This document shows, piece after piece, positions 25,242-37,612 of a stretch of DNA of 47,430 nt (position 1 is its first letter; each line of letters starts with the position of its first letter). A program made the position numbers and the translations under genes. Below the pieces are notes generated by a model. The model did not search any database. It saw nothing but the letters and a program-made list of their open reading frames with translations, and was not told the DNA's origin. The DNA comes from Octopus bimaculoides (Eukaryota). Location: assembly GCF_001194135.2 (NCBI RefSeq), contig NC_069003.1, forward strand, positions 29,226,647 through 29,274,076. Direction: 5' to 3'.

Positions 25242-25420
25242 TAGCATTAAACTTTCGGCCCCGAGAAAATGACTTACAATATTTCTTTCTTTAAATTCTG
25301 ATTTCAACTAGCTGTCAGTTTTGTGCTTCAGCTTTTCGGGGCCCATAAGACAAACAGAAAATATCATTCAGGGACTATCTGATGGATAGTTCCTATATTA
25401 AAATAAATTATAATTAACTA

Positions 25421-25840
25421 CGAGGAGTTGCTGAAAAGTTCCAAGCTATGGGTAAAAGAAAATACAAAGGGGACCAGCTAATTATAATCTTATTCAACAT
25501 ATTTCCCTCTCAGATTCACACTCTTATTTCAGCGTTCCTTCAGTTTGTTTAAGCCCTCTAAAAGAACTTGAAAAATTGGTCTTCCAACCAGGCTATTTAT
25601 GATGCCCTTAAAGCCAAGAACTTTTGATAACCCCTTCGAATAGTTTCTAGTTTTGAGTAAGATAAAATACACAAGGATCAGTTGTTTATAATTCTATTCA
25701 ACATACTCCCCTCTCAGATTCGAACACAAATTCTAGCGGTCCTCCAGTTTTTCTAAGCCCTGTAAGCGAACTAGAAATTGATTCTCTAACCAGGCCTATA
25801 GCGATACCCTTAACGCCAGGAACTTTTCAACAACCCCTCG
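25421..25840. mobile_element. Mariner-type MITE arranged as a tandem dimer
   Basis: Left end TA-CGAGGAGTTGCTGAAAAGTTCC; right end GGAACTTTTCAACAACCCCTCG-TA (22/24 match). Two ~210-bp similar units with a degenerate internal TIR near 25617-25639. Confidence 0.88.
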
Positions 25841-28211
25841 TATGTATCCATCCTCTCATCCTTATTCTTCTCTATCCACGCCTCATCATATCCTAAAGAA
25901 GGATTATTTCTTTGACTCATAATTAACTCATTTCACGTCTTAGAGTCCCAAGCTAATAATTTTAATTATGAGATAGATCTTCATTTTTTTTTCTCATGTC
26001 AATTTTTTCCTCATATCTGTGACTGGGTGCGCGCACGCGAGTGTGACGGCATGTCTGCGCTTAATTTTCTTATGACAGTTTACGAACATTGATATAAGAT
26101 CATCAAATCATAGACTAGTTTCATAGTTATTCAACGAATTAACTAGTACATGAATTAGTAGGGAAAGTGTCTTGTAATTTGAGCACACAAATATGATCAT
26201 TACTATTATTGGTAATTTATAGCATAATTAAATTTCTAATTAACCCTAACCAGTTAAGCTACATGAACTTGTCTGTGTTTGTACATATTTCATAAATATG
26301 AATACATGCATGTATGTATATACATACACATACGTATGTGTGCTTGTGTGCATATGTGTGTGTAGTCTTAACATTCACACTAGCAATTAACTTGGATCTT
26401 GGATGATGGTTAAAAAATATTAAAAAAATATGTGAGTCTCATACCACCTTTACACTCTGTAGTTACTAAACCTTCTTTGATAAGATAAACGAATTACTGA
26501 AATGCTACATAATATAATACAGCGTAATATGATATGATATAATATAATGATGTAATGTAATATAGTGAAATGAAACATAATAAAATAACATAATATGATT
26601 GCATATGCAGAGATTGATGTGTACTGAATGTTATGCTATGGCAACATATCTTTTATACTTTTATAACATATGCTGATGTTTAGATATAATGAAAGCTAGG
26701 TTCATGCTTGGCTTCGTAAACAACTGTTTACCAGATAAAAAAAAAAATCCTATTTTGTTTATTTCCTTTACGTTGATAATAATCTTGTTATGTTTTATAA
26801 ATCGCTTGCAAAATTATTATGTAATTTAGTTACTACGTCAATACACATCAGAGAACTCAGTTCGCTCTAAGAGTTCTTCTTTAGATGAAACTTAATAGAT
26901 TTTGATAATAATGATTATCGTTTTCTTCTTTCAAAATGTAATATCAATCGATACGACGAAACAAAAATTTATCAATAAAAGATACTTTTTGCTCTAATGG
27001 ACGCATACAGTTGTTTTTGCACTTGTTTATTTAGATATGTCTTTTTTTTTCCTTTAAAAGTTAGTCCCTTTAGCCAAATAAAAGAATTTCTGGAGAAACT
27101 TGTGGATCTGGAATATTAGTATTTATTACAAAGGTTATGAAAGAAATAAAGGAAACTTATTAATTCCAGAAATACATATATTGAGATTTTTAATACCTCG
27201 TTGGTTTACTTAATCTGTGGATTATAAAAAAACTACTATTGTATACATATGCGCATGTATATTGTGTATTTGTTCGTGTGTAACTTGGCAGGCTACATAA
27301 GAAGAGAGAAAATCGATACTACAGTTCTATTAACTAGTGGGAATTGAAAATATTTGAATACTATTTTGTTTTATAGTGAATAGTATTTCTTGTAAAATAT
27401 AGAAACTTGAATTATCAATATAAATAACAAATTTCTGTTTTATATTTTATATGGCAGATTAATTTTCTTGGTACAAATCAAACTTCTTCAGTATAATTCG
27501 TTTTTCAATTTCTTTTAGAATTTTCACTTAAGATATACGTCACTGTATATTTAAAACAAATACATATAAAAATCGTTCCGAATGGCAAAGTTTGAAATTA
27601 TTATCTGCATTAAAAATTCAAGTTTGGTGCTAATATGTAAATATCGGCTAGAAATAGTAAAGGTAAAAATGAAATTATGCTAAACAACATATTATTATTA
27701 TCATAATGTGTGTGAATACGTTTGTCAGTCTGTATACACACATACACACATACATACATATATACATATATTCAAGAAATAAACGTTTTATTCTCCTTGA
27801 GAGGGCTGATCACAAAGGTCGAATTCTAATACATAAATATAAAATTCAGAGGTATATATATATACATNNNNNNNNNNNNNNNNNNNNNNNNNNNNNNNNN
27901 NNNNNNNNNNNNNNNNNNNNNNNNNNNNNNNNNNNNNNNNNNNNNNNNNNNNNNNNNNNNNNNNNNNNNNNNNNNNNNNNNNNNNNNNNNNNNNNNNNNN
28001 NNNNNNNNNNNNNNNNNNNNNNNNNNNNNNNNNNNNNNNNNNNNNNNNNNNNNNAAAATTGCTGACATTCCTTCTATTAATGGCACATAAATATTTGTAA
28101 CAAGACTTTACCGCGGAACCTCGTTCAACACACAATTTAATAAATTAAAAATAGATGTGTAACTGAATCATAGAATACTCGATGCACTTACACACAAGAG
28201 AACCATGAGTA

Positions 28212-28335
28212 TGTATATGTAAATGTATGCATGTCTGTCTGTCTGCATGTACGTATGTATGTATGTACGTGTATATAAATATATGCGTATACATAAATAC
28301 ATATATACATACATACATACATACATACATGCATT

Positions 28336-28376
<41 letters not shown>

Positions 28377-28470
28377 ATGCGCGTGTGTGTGTGTGTGTGC
28401 ATGTATGTATGCATGTATGTATGCATGTATGTATGTATGTATGTATGTTTGTATTTATTTATTTATGTAT
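28212..28470. repeat. Compound (TATG)/(TACA)/(TA)/(TG) microsatellite
   Basis: Direct reading. Confidence 0.9.
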
Positions 28471-28791
28471 CATGGTACATTATCTGCTATTTCTAGCGGA
28501 TCGAGCAATTCCAACGAAATGCCCATCGTCGATAAGATGGTCATAATTAGAATGATCTAATGGTAGGCCTACTTTTCCCAGGGTTGTAATTTTCATAAAG
28601 AAGGATTACAGTTGCTAAATAAAGGTGTCATTCGTTGAGAAAAAACTCCAGTAATCGGAACATTATTGTAAAGGTTAAATGTTGACGAAATAGCAAGTAC
28701 ATACCTTGAGAAGCATAAGATTTTTGATAAATATAGTAATTGTTTCGGAAATAAAGAAATGGTTATACTCTACTCTAAACTTGCCACCTAT

Positions 28792-29163
28792 GTCGACTTT
28801 GCCTTTCATTTCTTCTTCTTTATTTTTTTTGAGATCGATAAAATAAGAACCTTTTGACGCCTGGGATCGGTGTAGACCACTTACTCGATCCCCAGAAATT
28901 TTGGGCCTTGTGCCAAAATTTAAAACAATAATTACACTCCAACGTGTGGTGACGAGATGGCAGAATCGTTATAGTGCCGGAAAAATTGCTTAGTGACATT
29001 TCTTCCAACTTTATGCTGCGAGTTCATATACCGCCAGGGTGGACTTTGCCTTTCGTACTTCGGAGTCGAGAAAATAAGTGCCAGTCAAACACTGGATTCG
29101 ATATAATCGACTTTGCCCCACGAACCCAAAATTGCTGGCCTGGTGCCAAAATTTGAAACCAAT
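28792..29163 (+). mobile_element. Two tandem SINE family A copies (28792-28929 partial; 28948-29163 full length)
   Basis: Core GACTTTGCCTTTC and tail GGCCT.GTGCCAAAATTT.AAAC in both copies. Confidence 0.88.
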
Positions 29164-32009
29164 ATTACTCTCCAACTTTTTCAGTCTTTCATAAAAATTT
29201 CATTTTAACGAACCTCTACATTATACAAACATAAAATCGAATAATTCATTACATAACACTCGCAGCTGCAACAATCATGGCCGGAGTGTTTTTAAATCTA
29301 TATATACTCGATTACACTGTTCTTAAGGATAAGTACGTATGCCAGTCTCTTTCTTAGGATTTCTCCACTTTCCCACGATTGCCTAAAATTATGAAACAAA
29401 TTAACTCCAAATCTAACTTCACTATTATATTTTGCCAAAACAGGGGTGGGACATGACACACTGTCTGAATCTTCCAAACAACGAGATGATCATGGCTGGT
29501 AACACATTGACATCAAGTCGGTAGGAATAACTGGCTTATGGATAAAAATAACAATTAGCATTTTATTTTCTAGAAATACATCGCTATTGAGTACCCCAGC
29601 ATTAAATGAAGAAAACCAATCTTCGCTAATATGATACAAAACAATGTAATGTGCAACACAATCTAAAATAGAACTGTAGACCTGCCCGAAGAGTCAATTA
29701 TATTAAGCATATTATTTCTATGGTGTCTAAATGCGTAAGATTCTAAATTATTCATATTTATTTTTTCGATCTCGAATTCATTATAAAAATCCTATTATCT
29801 TTATTTCTTAAAGTCTTGCCAGCTTTGGTTTCCTACGTTAGTAACACACTGAAATCTGAATTAAAAATTAATTTCATTTCTATCCTGACCATCAAACTAC
29901 CCACTGTTTAATTGTTGTTTTCATATTAGCATCATTTGCACTCTTGTTTATTTATTCGCCTCTTCCACTTCACAAGATTTTGTAGAGTTTGTACAAATAT
30001 ATCCTTGGGCAATTTTGTAACAACAATCACCTCTACTATTAACCGGAGAATATTATACAAGAATATTAAGATGTTAAAATATGCTTCTGTAACAGATAGG
30101 CCCTCAGACGCTTAGCCATGACTAATTAACGTAGCAACAAATTTAAAATTTATGAACCAATGCTATGTGTCATATTTAAAATTCAGCCAGGATCTGACAA
30201 TAGAAATTCAAAAGGTTATTCAGCAAAAATCGAACTTCATTAAAATCTATCGTAAAACTCCGTATTTCGTTTAATTAAGAGAAGAAAAAAACTAAAAGAC
30301 ATGTCAAATTTACTATTGTTACACTTCGTACGCCTTACAACATAGCATCTCGTCTCTGCTCAGAAGCATTTCTTTAACCATATTAACAAATGGAACATGA
30401 TGAGGTCATGAAAGGAGATTTATTGTCATCACTTCGTGTTTTGCGTGTCGAAGCACATATTCGCGTAACATTCCTGCAGTGAAAATTTTTATCTGTCATC
30501 ATAATTGTATGCTAGCATTGTTCACCGCCGTCTCGTCAGTTGCTTGTATACATCTCCTGTTATTCTTGCTCCATCCCTCCCCAGCAGCTTTTGGCTGATG
30601 CAATACCTGACAACACGTTGCCACTGCTGCCACCGAGGGCACGACAGCCACTTTGAAACAAAACCAACTAGAATGACTTGCTAAAAGCAACAACCAAATA
30701 CCCAAAGCACGTCAATTTCAAAAAAGACTTTTAAATAATATATCCTTAGACGTTCTCCGTAGGACGAAACACTTCTTCGAAACGGATGGAGTCTATTTAA
30801 GTGGAGAGCTGCTGGATAAAGTTAAACGACCATTTGTGACATCATCATGCCTCTTCGTACGATATCAAATATTCTCTTCGAAAAGTAAAGTAGCTAAGAG
30901 TGCTCTAATTACTGAAATTATCAATGAAAATAGCACCAAAATTAACTAATTACACCTTGTTCTGGTCGTAAGTTCCCTATTATGAACATTGTCTTGTGAA
31001 GCTGCGCTAAAATGCTTGCAGCAGGAGAACGTCTATTAAAATGCTGTGTGTCAGTTTGTGACATCAATTTGCGAATTGATTTCAAATTGTACCAATATCG
31101 AATGTGTCTTATATTCTACTACGGTCGAGAAAACAGAATTACCAGTATACCCTGCCTCGGAGATGTTAGGACTTGCGTCGTCCTCATCTTACAAAGCCAT
31201 AATATCCAATCTAACTGTAGTGGATTAGCATAATAGAGAGACCGTCAAACGGAACCTCTGTTGCTACCGAGTAACTGTCCTCTACTTTCGACAAGCTAAC
31301 GTTGCTGTAGTCAACATTCAATGACACATTTCCACTTTAAGTACTTCATCTTCCATTTTCCGTTATTAGAAAGTAATCTTGTTTTCTCTGCCCAGGAATG
31401 ATTGTTTTAATTTCCTGTTCTATTTATAATTATGTTTTGATGACCAGCCATGTATCAGTAGTCGTATCGTTATTGTTCCTGGTGTTATTTTCATTGAAAT
31501 TATTTACAGTACAAAGAAATATTCAATGTTTATCTCACGTTCAATATATTATTTAACATGTTTTCTTGCGTGTTTATTAGATTTTCGATATTTTTCATTG
31601 ATTTCTAAGTATTAGCTCGATATTTTTGTCCACGAAACCCTTATGTGTGCTTTGTTTTATGTGATACTGCAACAGATTTTAACTACGTCGTCATATCATT
31701 GTTTCAAAATTTCCGTCTAGCTCTACTTTCATATATGCCAGTGACAGCACGTAAACCGTACAGCTTCTGTAGCGGATTACTCCGGTGTTTACTGTTGTAA
31801 GGACGACGCTTGGATTTGTCTGTGATTCGAAACTGAACCACTCGTTTGTTGCTTGTCACCCAATTCTCAAATCCCTCTGTCTTTGCTTCTCCACACTGGA
31901 TGTTGAATGGAGAACGCTTGACCTAAGACCTTTTACATGATCACTTAAAGGTCAGTCCTTTGTTTCGGATTTTTCCTACATCCTACCATAGTCCATATAA
32001 TAAGAGAAT

Positions 32010-32089
<80 letters not shown>

Positions 32090-32101
32090 TTCCGTCTACA
32101 G

Positions 32102-32308
32102 CGGACCAAGAGTAACACTTCTCTTCGACTTTCCGTCGGCAAAAGAAGAGCAACTATCGGCCGAAATCAAGAAGGGACAGCGTCACCTTTCCTTTCTTTC
32201 TTTCTGTCAGTAGAATGCAATCCTTACTCAGTCTCTCTCTAACAGCAGAACGCAACTTCCACACTACAGAGCGGAGACAACGATCTTGACATCTCCAATA
32301 GATTGCTG
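32102..32308 (+). other. Candidate non-coding 5' exon (first or internal) of the receptor transcript
   Basis: Preceded by (CT)n 32015-32085 and CTACAG (AG 32100-32101); ends at a consensus donor CTG|GTGAGT (GT 32309-32310). Non-repetitive and relatively CpG-rich. The link to the receptor is inferred. Confidence 0.45.
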
Positions 32309-32629
32309 GTGAGTTTAATCGATTGTTAGTCATATAAAATCGACTAAAATCTACTAAAATCGTATTATTAGATTCTGAAATTCAGTTTGAATAGATATGT
32401 TAGTATATGTTCTGAAACTAAAATTCTAAACATACCTACACACACACACACACACAAATATATATATATATAAAATGTGCTGCTAAAATGTATACCAGTA
32501 ATTATAGGTGCATTTGGAAGTAAAGATTTGAACAGATGTATTTGAAATGATGAATAGTGGAAATAGGCATAAAACCCAGTTCAGTATAGCTCTAGAAAAC
32601 AGCGTTTTTAGGGACAGCTAGTAGGAGTT

Positions 32630-32689
<60 letters not shown>

Positions 32690-32696
32690 AAGAAGA

Positions 32697-32742
<46 letters not shown>

Positions 32743-33089
32743 ATAGTAGTAGTAGTAATTTGAGAAAATGAAACAATGACGTCTGTCCTTCGTAGTAAAA
32801 TACAGCCGACGTCTAAGACACATTTTTTTCCCCTTTCATTAGACAGCGTATTTTTCTGTCGAATTCAATTTAATAAAATTCAGAAGTATAAATAAATTCC
32901 TTTGCTGTGCGGAGACAACGATCTTGACATCTCCAATAGATTGCTGGTGAGTTTAGTCGATTTTTAGTCATATAATATCGACTAAAATTGTATTAATAGA
33001 TCCTATGTTTGTATTCTGAAATTCAGTTTGAATAGATATGTTAGTATATGTTCTAAAACTAATTCTAAACATACCTACAAACACACACA

Positions 33090-33123
<34 letters not shown>

Positions 33124-33128
33124 TATAT
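32271..33128 (+). repeat. Local direct duplication (~190-220 bp; 32271-32460 and 32909-33128, offset 638 bp) containing the splice donor
   Basis: GCGGAGACAACGATCTTGACATCTCCAATAGATTGCTGGTGAGTTTA is identical in both copies, and similarity continues through TTCTAAACATACCTACA and the (CA)n tract. Confidence 0.95.
32630..32756. repeat. (TAG)n tract interrupted by (AAG)n
   Basis: Direct reading; lies between the two duplicated donor-containing copies. Confidence 0.95.
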
Positions 33129-33967
33129 ACATATATTCTGAAGCACTGCTTTATTGAATAAGTTTGAAGCACATTTTCAAGTGAAGTACTTCACCGGAAT
33201 AAAAAGATTTTCGAAATGGTTATGGAATTACTCAGAACTGAATTTAGCAACATTTTCAAACTTTATTGAAAGATGTTACTAACCTAAGCCATCGCTAGTT
33301 GTATGTTTCTTCTTTATATCTTGTGTTCCCCCAAATCAATCCGTATGGAACACTAACCAGTAACTTTCAGCGAACAGATACAGGGAACGCTAGGGAACAT
33401 TTGTATCTATTTTCATTAGATGCACCAATATTCTTTTGTTGATCGAAGGCGGGAGTGATTACGTATTCTTCCTCTTCACGAAAGATCACACGCTATTGGG
33501 AATGACGTTAATTATTGGGAGAATGTTTGTGCTTATGTGCATGTTGTGTGTAGTTTGGGGATATTAAAGGCCTTACTTTCCAGCTACAGTCATTCCATAG
33601 TTGTGGGGAAATCTACAATATAGTTTGTCTCAATACATTATTTAATACAGTAGAGTTCGAGTCGACGGAGATTTAGCTGTACTAGAATTAGCATTTGGAT
33701 CTACTAGAATTAACATCTATTGGGACTCTTTATGTTAAGTATATAGTTAGAGATATTTTTGTTTAACTCGACAAGTTACTTTGATTCTCATGATGATATT
33801 TCTTAAATTTCTTCTTAGCTACGCATTGCAGACCGCGACATAAAAGCTTGTTTGTTACTTGAGCTTCATGTATAGCACATCTCTGAATTTCATACACAAT
33901 AAGATTTCAAATTTAGAAATAATACATTTCTAAATCTCTCAGAGAGATTTATGCAGTAGTGATACGA

Positions 33968-34165
33968 TGAAGTAGTTGTATGCTGTCAACTTAATGTGAA
34001 AGTTCCCTGAAGGGTATAATACTACTGTTGGTTAGAGCTAGGAAGCTGCACGGCTTCCTGTCGGCCTTGACACATTTCCTGTGTCCTTATGTTTACAATG
34101 AGTAAACATATTATTATTCCCTTCAGGGGACTGTCACATTAAGTTGACAGCATACAACTACTTCA
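33968..34165. mobile_element. 198-bp fold-back / MITE-like element with 54-bp inverted arms
   Basis: 33968-34021 is the reverse complement of 34112-34165 at 51/54 positions; the outer 32 bp are perfect (TGAAGTAGTTGTATGCTGTCAACTTAATGTGA). CGA flanks both ends (33965-33967, 34166-34168), a possible 3-bp TSD. Confidence 0.8.
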
Positions 34166-34910
34166 CGATAAGATTTGTTTAACATCTTGATACCTTATAT
34201 TTCTTAATAAATTATGCATTACGAAGTGAATTTTCTTTTTCATCTTCATAAAAATGGTACCGAATTCACATTTGCAGCGTTTTCATTTCCATTTTATGAA
34301 TGTGTAGTCCTTCAAATGTTCTTTTACTCACTTCTTTATGTAATATTTCAGTAAATTTTTGTATGTTTTCCATAATTCATTGCTGTAATTCAAATATTGA
34401 GCACAAGCCATTACAGAACTGAGATAGAATTTTTTTTTTTTTAATTTGCTATGTTCCGGTATGCGATAGAATTTTGTTGTGATATTTGAGAATGTGGATG
34501 TTACTATATGTGAGGTTTGAAGATATATCTGTTTTATTTGCAAATAACTGCTAGTTCTGTATAATTATTTCTAAGTTGTCCTATGATGTTTTTGCTGCTA
34601 TCTTATTTCCAAATTATCCATAATAGCTCAATTATCGTTTGAAGAACATAGTTATTTTTAGCTGTATGTTTAGCAACTTTTTCATCGTTCCATAATTATA
34701 TTTTCTATTATTTTTCATTTGATTACTTTTTTCTTTCGAGTAACAGTGGATTGCTTGAATCCGTAGGATGTTGGACAACGCTGCTATAGAATTTCCCATA
34801 AAATTGATAAAAGAAAAAGACCAAGAGCAACAACAAAGCACTGAATCTAGTTAAGGTACAGAGTAAAAATGGCTTGAACAGTGTAAGCAGGCAATATATT
34901 TAAGAGTACT

Positions 34911-35121
34911 ATGGCGGCAGAATCGTTAGCACACCGGGCAAAACGTTTTGCGGCTTTTCGACCGGTTTTCCATTTTGAGTTCAAATTATGCCCGGATCGA
35001 CATTTGCCTTTCATCCTTTCTCTGTCAATAAAATACGTGGCACTTGAACACTGGATTTGAAGTAATCTACTTATCTCTCCCCCAGAGTTGTTGGCCTTGA
35101 CACAAAAAAGCTGAAACCAAC
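34911..35121 (+). mobile_element. SINE family A, full length
   Basis: GGCAGAATCGTTAGCACACCGGGC head, GAGTTCAAATT B box, core and tail. Confidence 0.85.
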
Positions 35122-35148
35122 ACATTTTATACTACTAGAATAGTAATA

Positions 35149-35366
35149 ATCGTTTCAAATTTTGGCACAAGGCCTGAATATGTTTTGTGGTGGGTGTAGG
35201 AGTAGCAGGTTGTTAGGCAATGACGTCAACCCCAAATCTTAACTGATACTTAGCGAACCAGGAACAGGAAAGCCAACACCGACCTCGAAAGTATCTGAAC
35301 TTAAAACATAGAGACAGACGATATGCTGGTAAACATTTTGTCCGATGTACTAACGATTCTACCAAC
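35149..35366 (-). mobile_element. SINE family A, full length, tail-to-tail with the previous copy
   Basis: GTTTCAAATTTTGGCACAAGGCC tail and TACTAACGATTCTACCA head, both as reverse complement. Confidence 0.8.
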
Positions 35367-36415
35367 AAACAGTGACTATCAAGGCTTCAACTCGTAACTG
35401 ATTTGATGTGTTATCACGTACAAATTTTGTCTTGGTGTAAAAAAGATGGGCTACAACAAATTTTCTGCTTAATACCACAGATTTGCATGTCAGTTGTTTG
35501 ATCTTAATCAGGGGAGCATGTCCTTCAGTGGCTGACAATATGTGCATCTCTGATCACGAGCAGAAGTAGTTGGGGGAGCATCATGCACATGTGTTGAGAG
35601 GATTTCTTTGGGGTTTGAATAATTCAACATCCTTAAACCAGGTTATAAAGTTTTAAAAAATCAGTTCAGAATATCTGTTCAATTTATAGAGTTAGCAACA
35701 GACTAATTTTTACGGACAACCGACGAGACAACAACAACAGCAATAATTATTATTATATTAATGGCTTCAAAGTTTAGCAACCTCAGGGACACACGCCATC
35801 TGGGTGCAACAGTAATATCCACTTCGTATATTATAGACTGGAAATTGTAACTTGAAGGAGAAACTTGGTTAGAATTTCTAGGAGGTCGATCGACAGCATA
35901 CAGCTCCACCCTGGTCATAGATAAGTATTCTATATGGTTAATATAAATGGGTTAAAGGATTAAGAATAGCTGTATTTAAACAAAAGTGCTAAGGAAAGAA
36001 TGTCATATTAGAAGAATGACAGAATATTGAAGAGACAGAGTTAGAGATGAAATAAAATTCAGTTATGGAATTATCAACATGAATGGAAAAAGAATAAATA
36101 GGAAATTGGGGGAATTTGGTAGAATCTAATAATCAGACTGCAAAAGAGCTAAGAGCAAATCTTGTGTAGTGTAAAAATATAACTTCATAGTGCAAAATCT
36201 GTAAGAGATTAGATAAAAATTATTAATCCATGAAATAATAAGCTTAATGTTAAATTCCATGGAATCTAGCATTGCATGCAAATGTTTCCAGGGAAATCGT
36301 AGCATGTAATCACGAGAAAAACAATTGGTGCAGAAAAAATTTCAAATGGAAGAAGGCGACAAGGAACTTGTGCTGACTTTGCCGTGTTCCCAATAACGAT
36401 TTATTAGATAAAGTT

Positions 36416-36872
36416 GGTGGGCTTGTAGTATTGTTAGCACGCTGGAGAAAAAAATTAGCGGCATTTCGTCCGTCTTCACGTTCTGAATTGAAATGCCGCC
36501 AAAGTCGACTCTGTGTTTCATCCTTTCGTGGTCGATTAAATAAGTACCAGTCAATCACTGAGATCGATATAATCCGCTAGACCAGGGATGTCCAACGTTT
36601 TTTTCCTAGTAGGCCATATTATAAATTTAAGTATATTCACTGCGCCACATCGGTACTTAAATATAAACTCTTAAAAAGTTCAAAATATAGTGAAAAATGT
36701 TTTAAATAACAAATATGAAATACAAATTGTGCTATTGACAGTATAAATGAAATTACACTTACACAAAATAAAATCAATGTGATTTGTGGCATTGCTTTCC
36801 TTTTATATTTTCAATAACTGCTTTTATAGTACTATTCTCCCAAAATTTCAGACCTTGTGCCTATAGTAAAAA
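36416..36872 (+). mobile_element. SINE family A split by an insertion (body 36416-36578, tail 36837-36872)
   Basis: Core AAGTCGACTCTGTGTTTCATCCTTTCGTGGTCGATTAAATAAGTACCAGT; tail CTCCCAAAATTTCAGACCTTGTGCCTATAGTA. Confidence 0.8.
36583..36835 (+). mobile_element. Probable truncated hAT (Charlie-like) left end inserted in a SINE
   Basis: CAGGGATGTCCAAC at 36583 is preceded by CGCTAGAC, resembling the NTCTAGAN target. The SINE body stops before it and the SINE tail resumes at 36837. No right TIR seen. Confidence 0.5.
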
Positions 36873-37612
36873 TAAATAATGGTTACTTAGATAGGTGCCA
36901 AGTTGCAAATACTTGAAGAGGATAAATACGAAATATTCGATGTCAGTACCCAAATCATCTCTAGTCTATAGACCTCCTGGTGATGCGAGAAAATTTCCAC
37001 CTCGGCAAAATTAGACGTTACAATATTAACTATGGGTGGGTTATATTAAACAGGGACGACCCTCGGTATTTAGGGGTTTCAGTTCCACGACAATATTTGT
37101 TCAATGAATCAGATAGCTAATACTTCATAGCCTCTTGGCATCATCTATTCCGCTTGACCCGGATCTCTATAAACGCGACGTATTTACATTTCTTCGAAGG
37201 AAGTCTATATGCAAAAAGTTCAGTCGACGTTTAGTCTAAAAACGATAATTATATTCTTCTCGTACGTCTTTGCGTCGGAACCTTCTTACATCGTTTTCAT
37301 ATGTTAAAGTCTGGTTTTCTATCAGATGGGAGAATCTAAAACGGGCCCGGATATATCCGTGGGTTTAAGTTTCTACTGGCGGAGAGGCAAGTAGAAGTTA
37401 ATTCGTGCTTAAATTAGAACGATACTTCAGCTAAATTGATAGGGGTGTCGCCTTTAGACGTGCTAATGAATTTAGTGGTGCATCTCATTGGTAAATGCGC
37501 CGTCTGAACGTTCTCCAGAAAGATACAAAAACAAAATTGAAATAACGATATTACTTTTATTTTATGCTACAAATTGACGACTTACCTGCATTCTGTAATG
37601 AGAAAATTACAT

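Noticed and set aside
32175-32184. GGACAGCGTC, similar to the right half of a REST/RE1 site
   Set aside because: Half site only, and the REST/RE1 system is not established in molluscs.
35512-35640. Segment that looks like another octopus interspersed repeat
   Set aside because: Single copy in this window, so it cannot be supported from the sequence alone.
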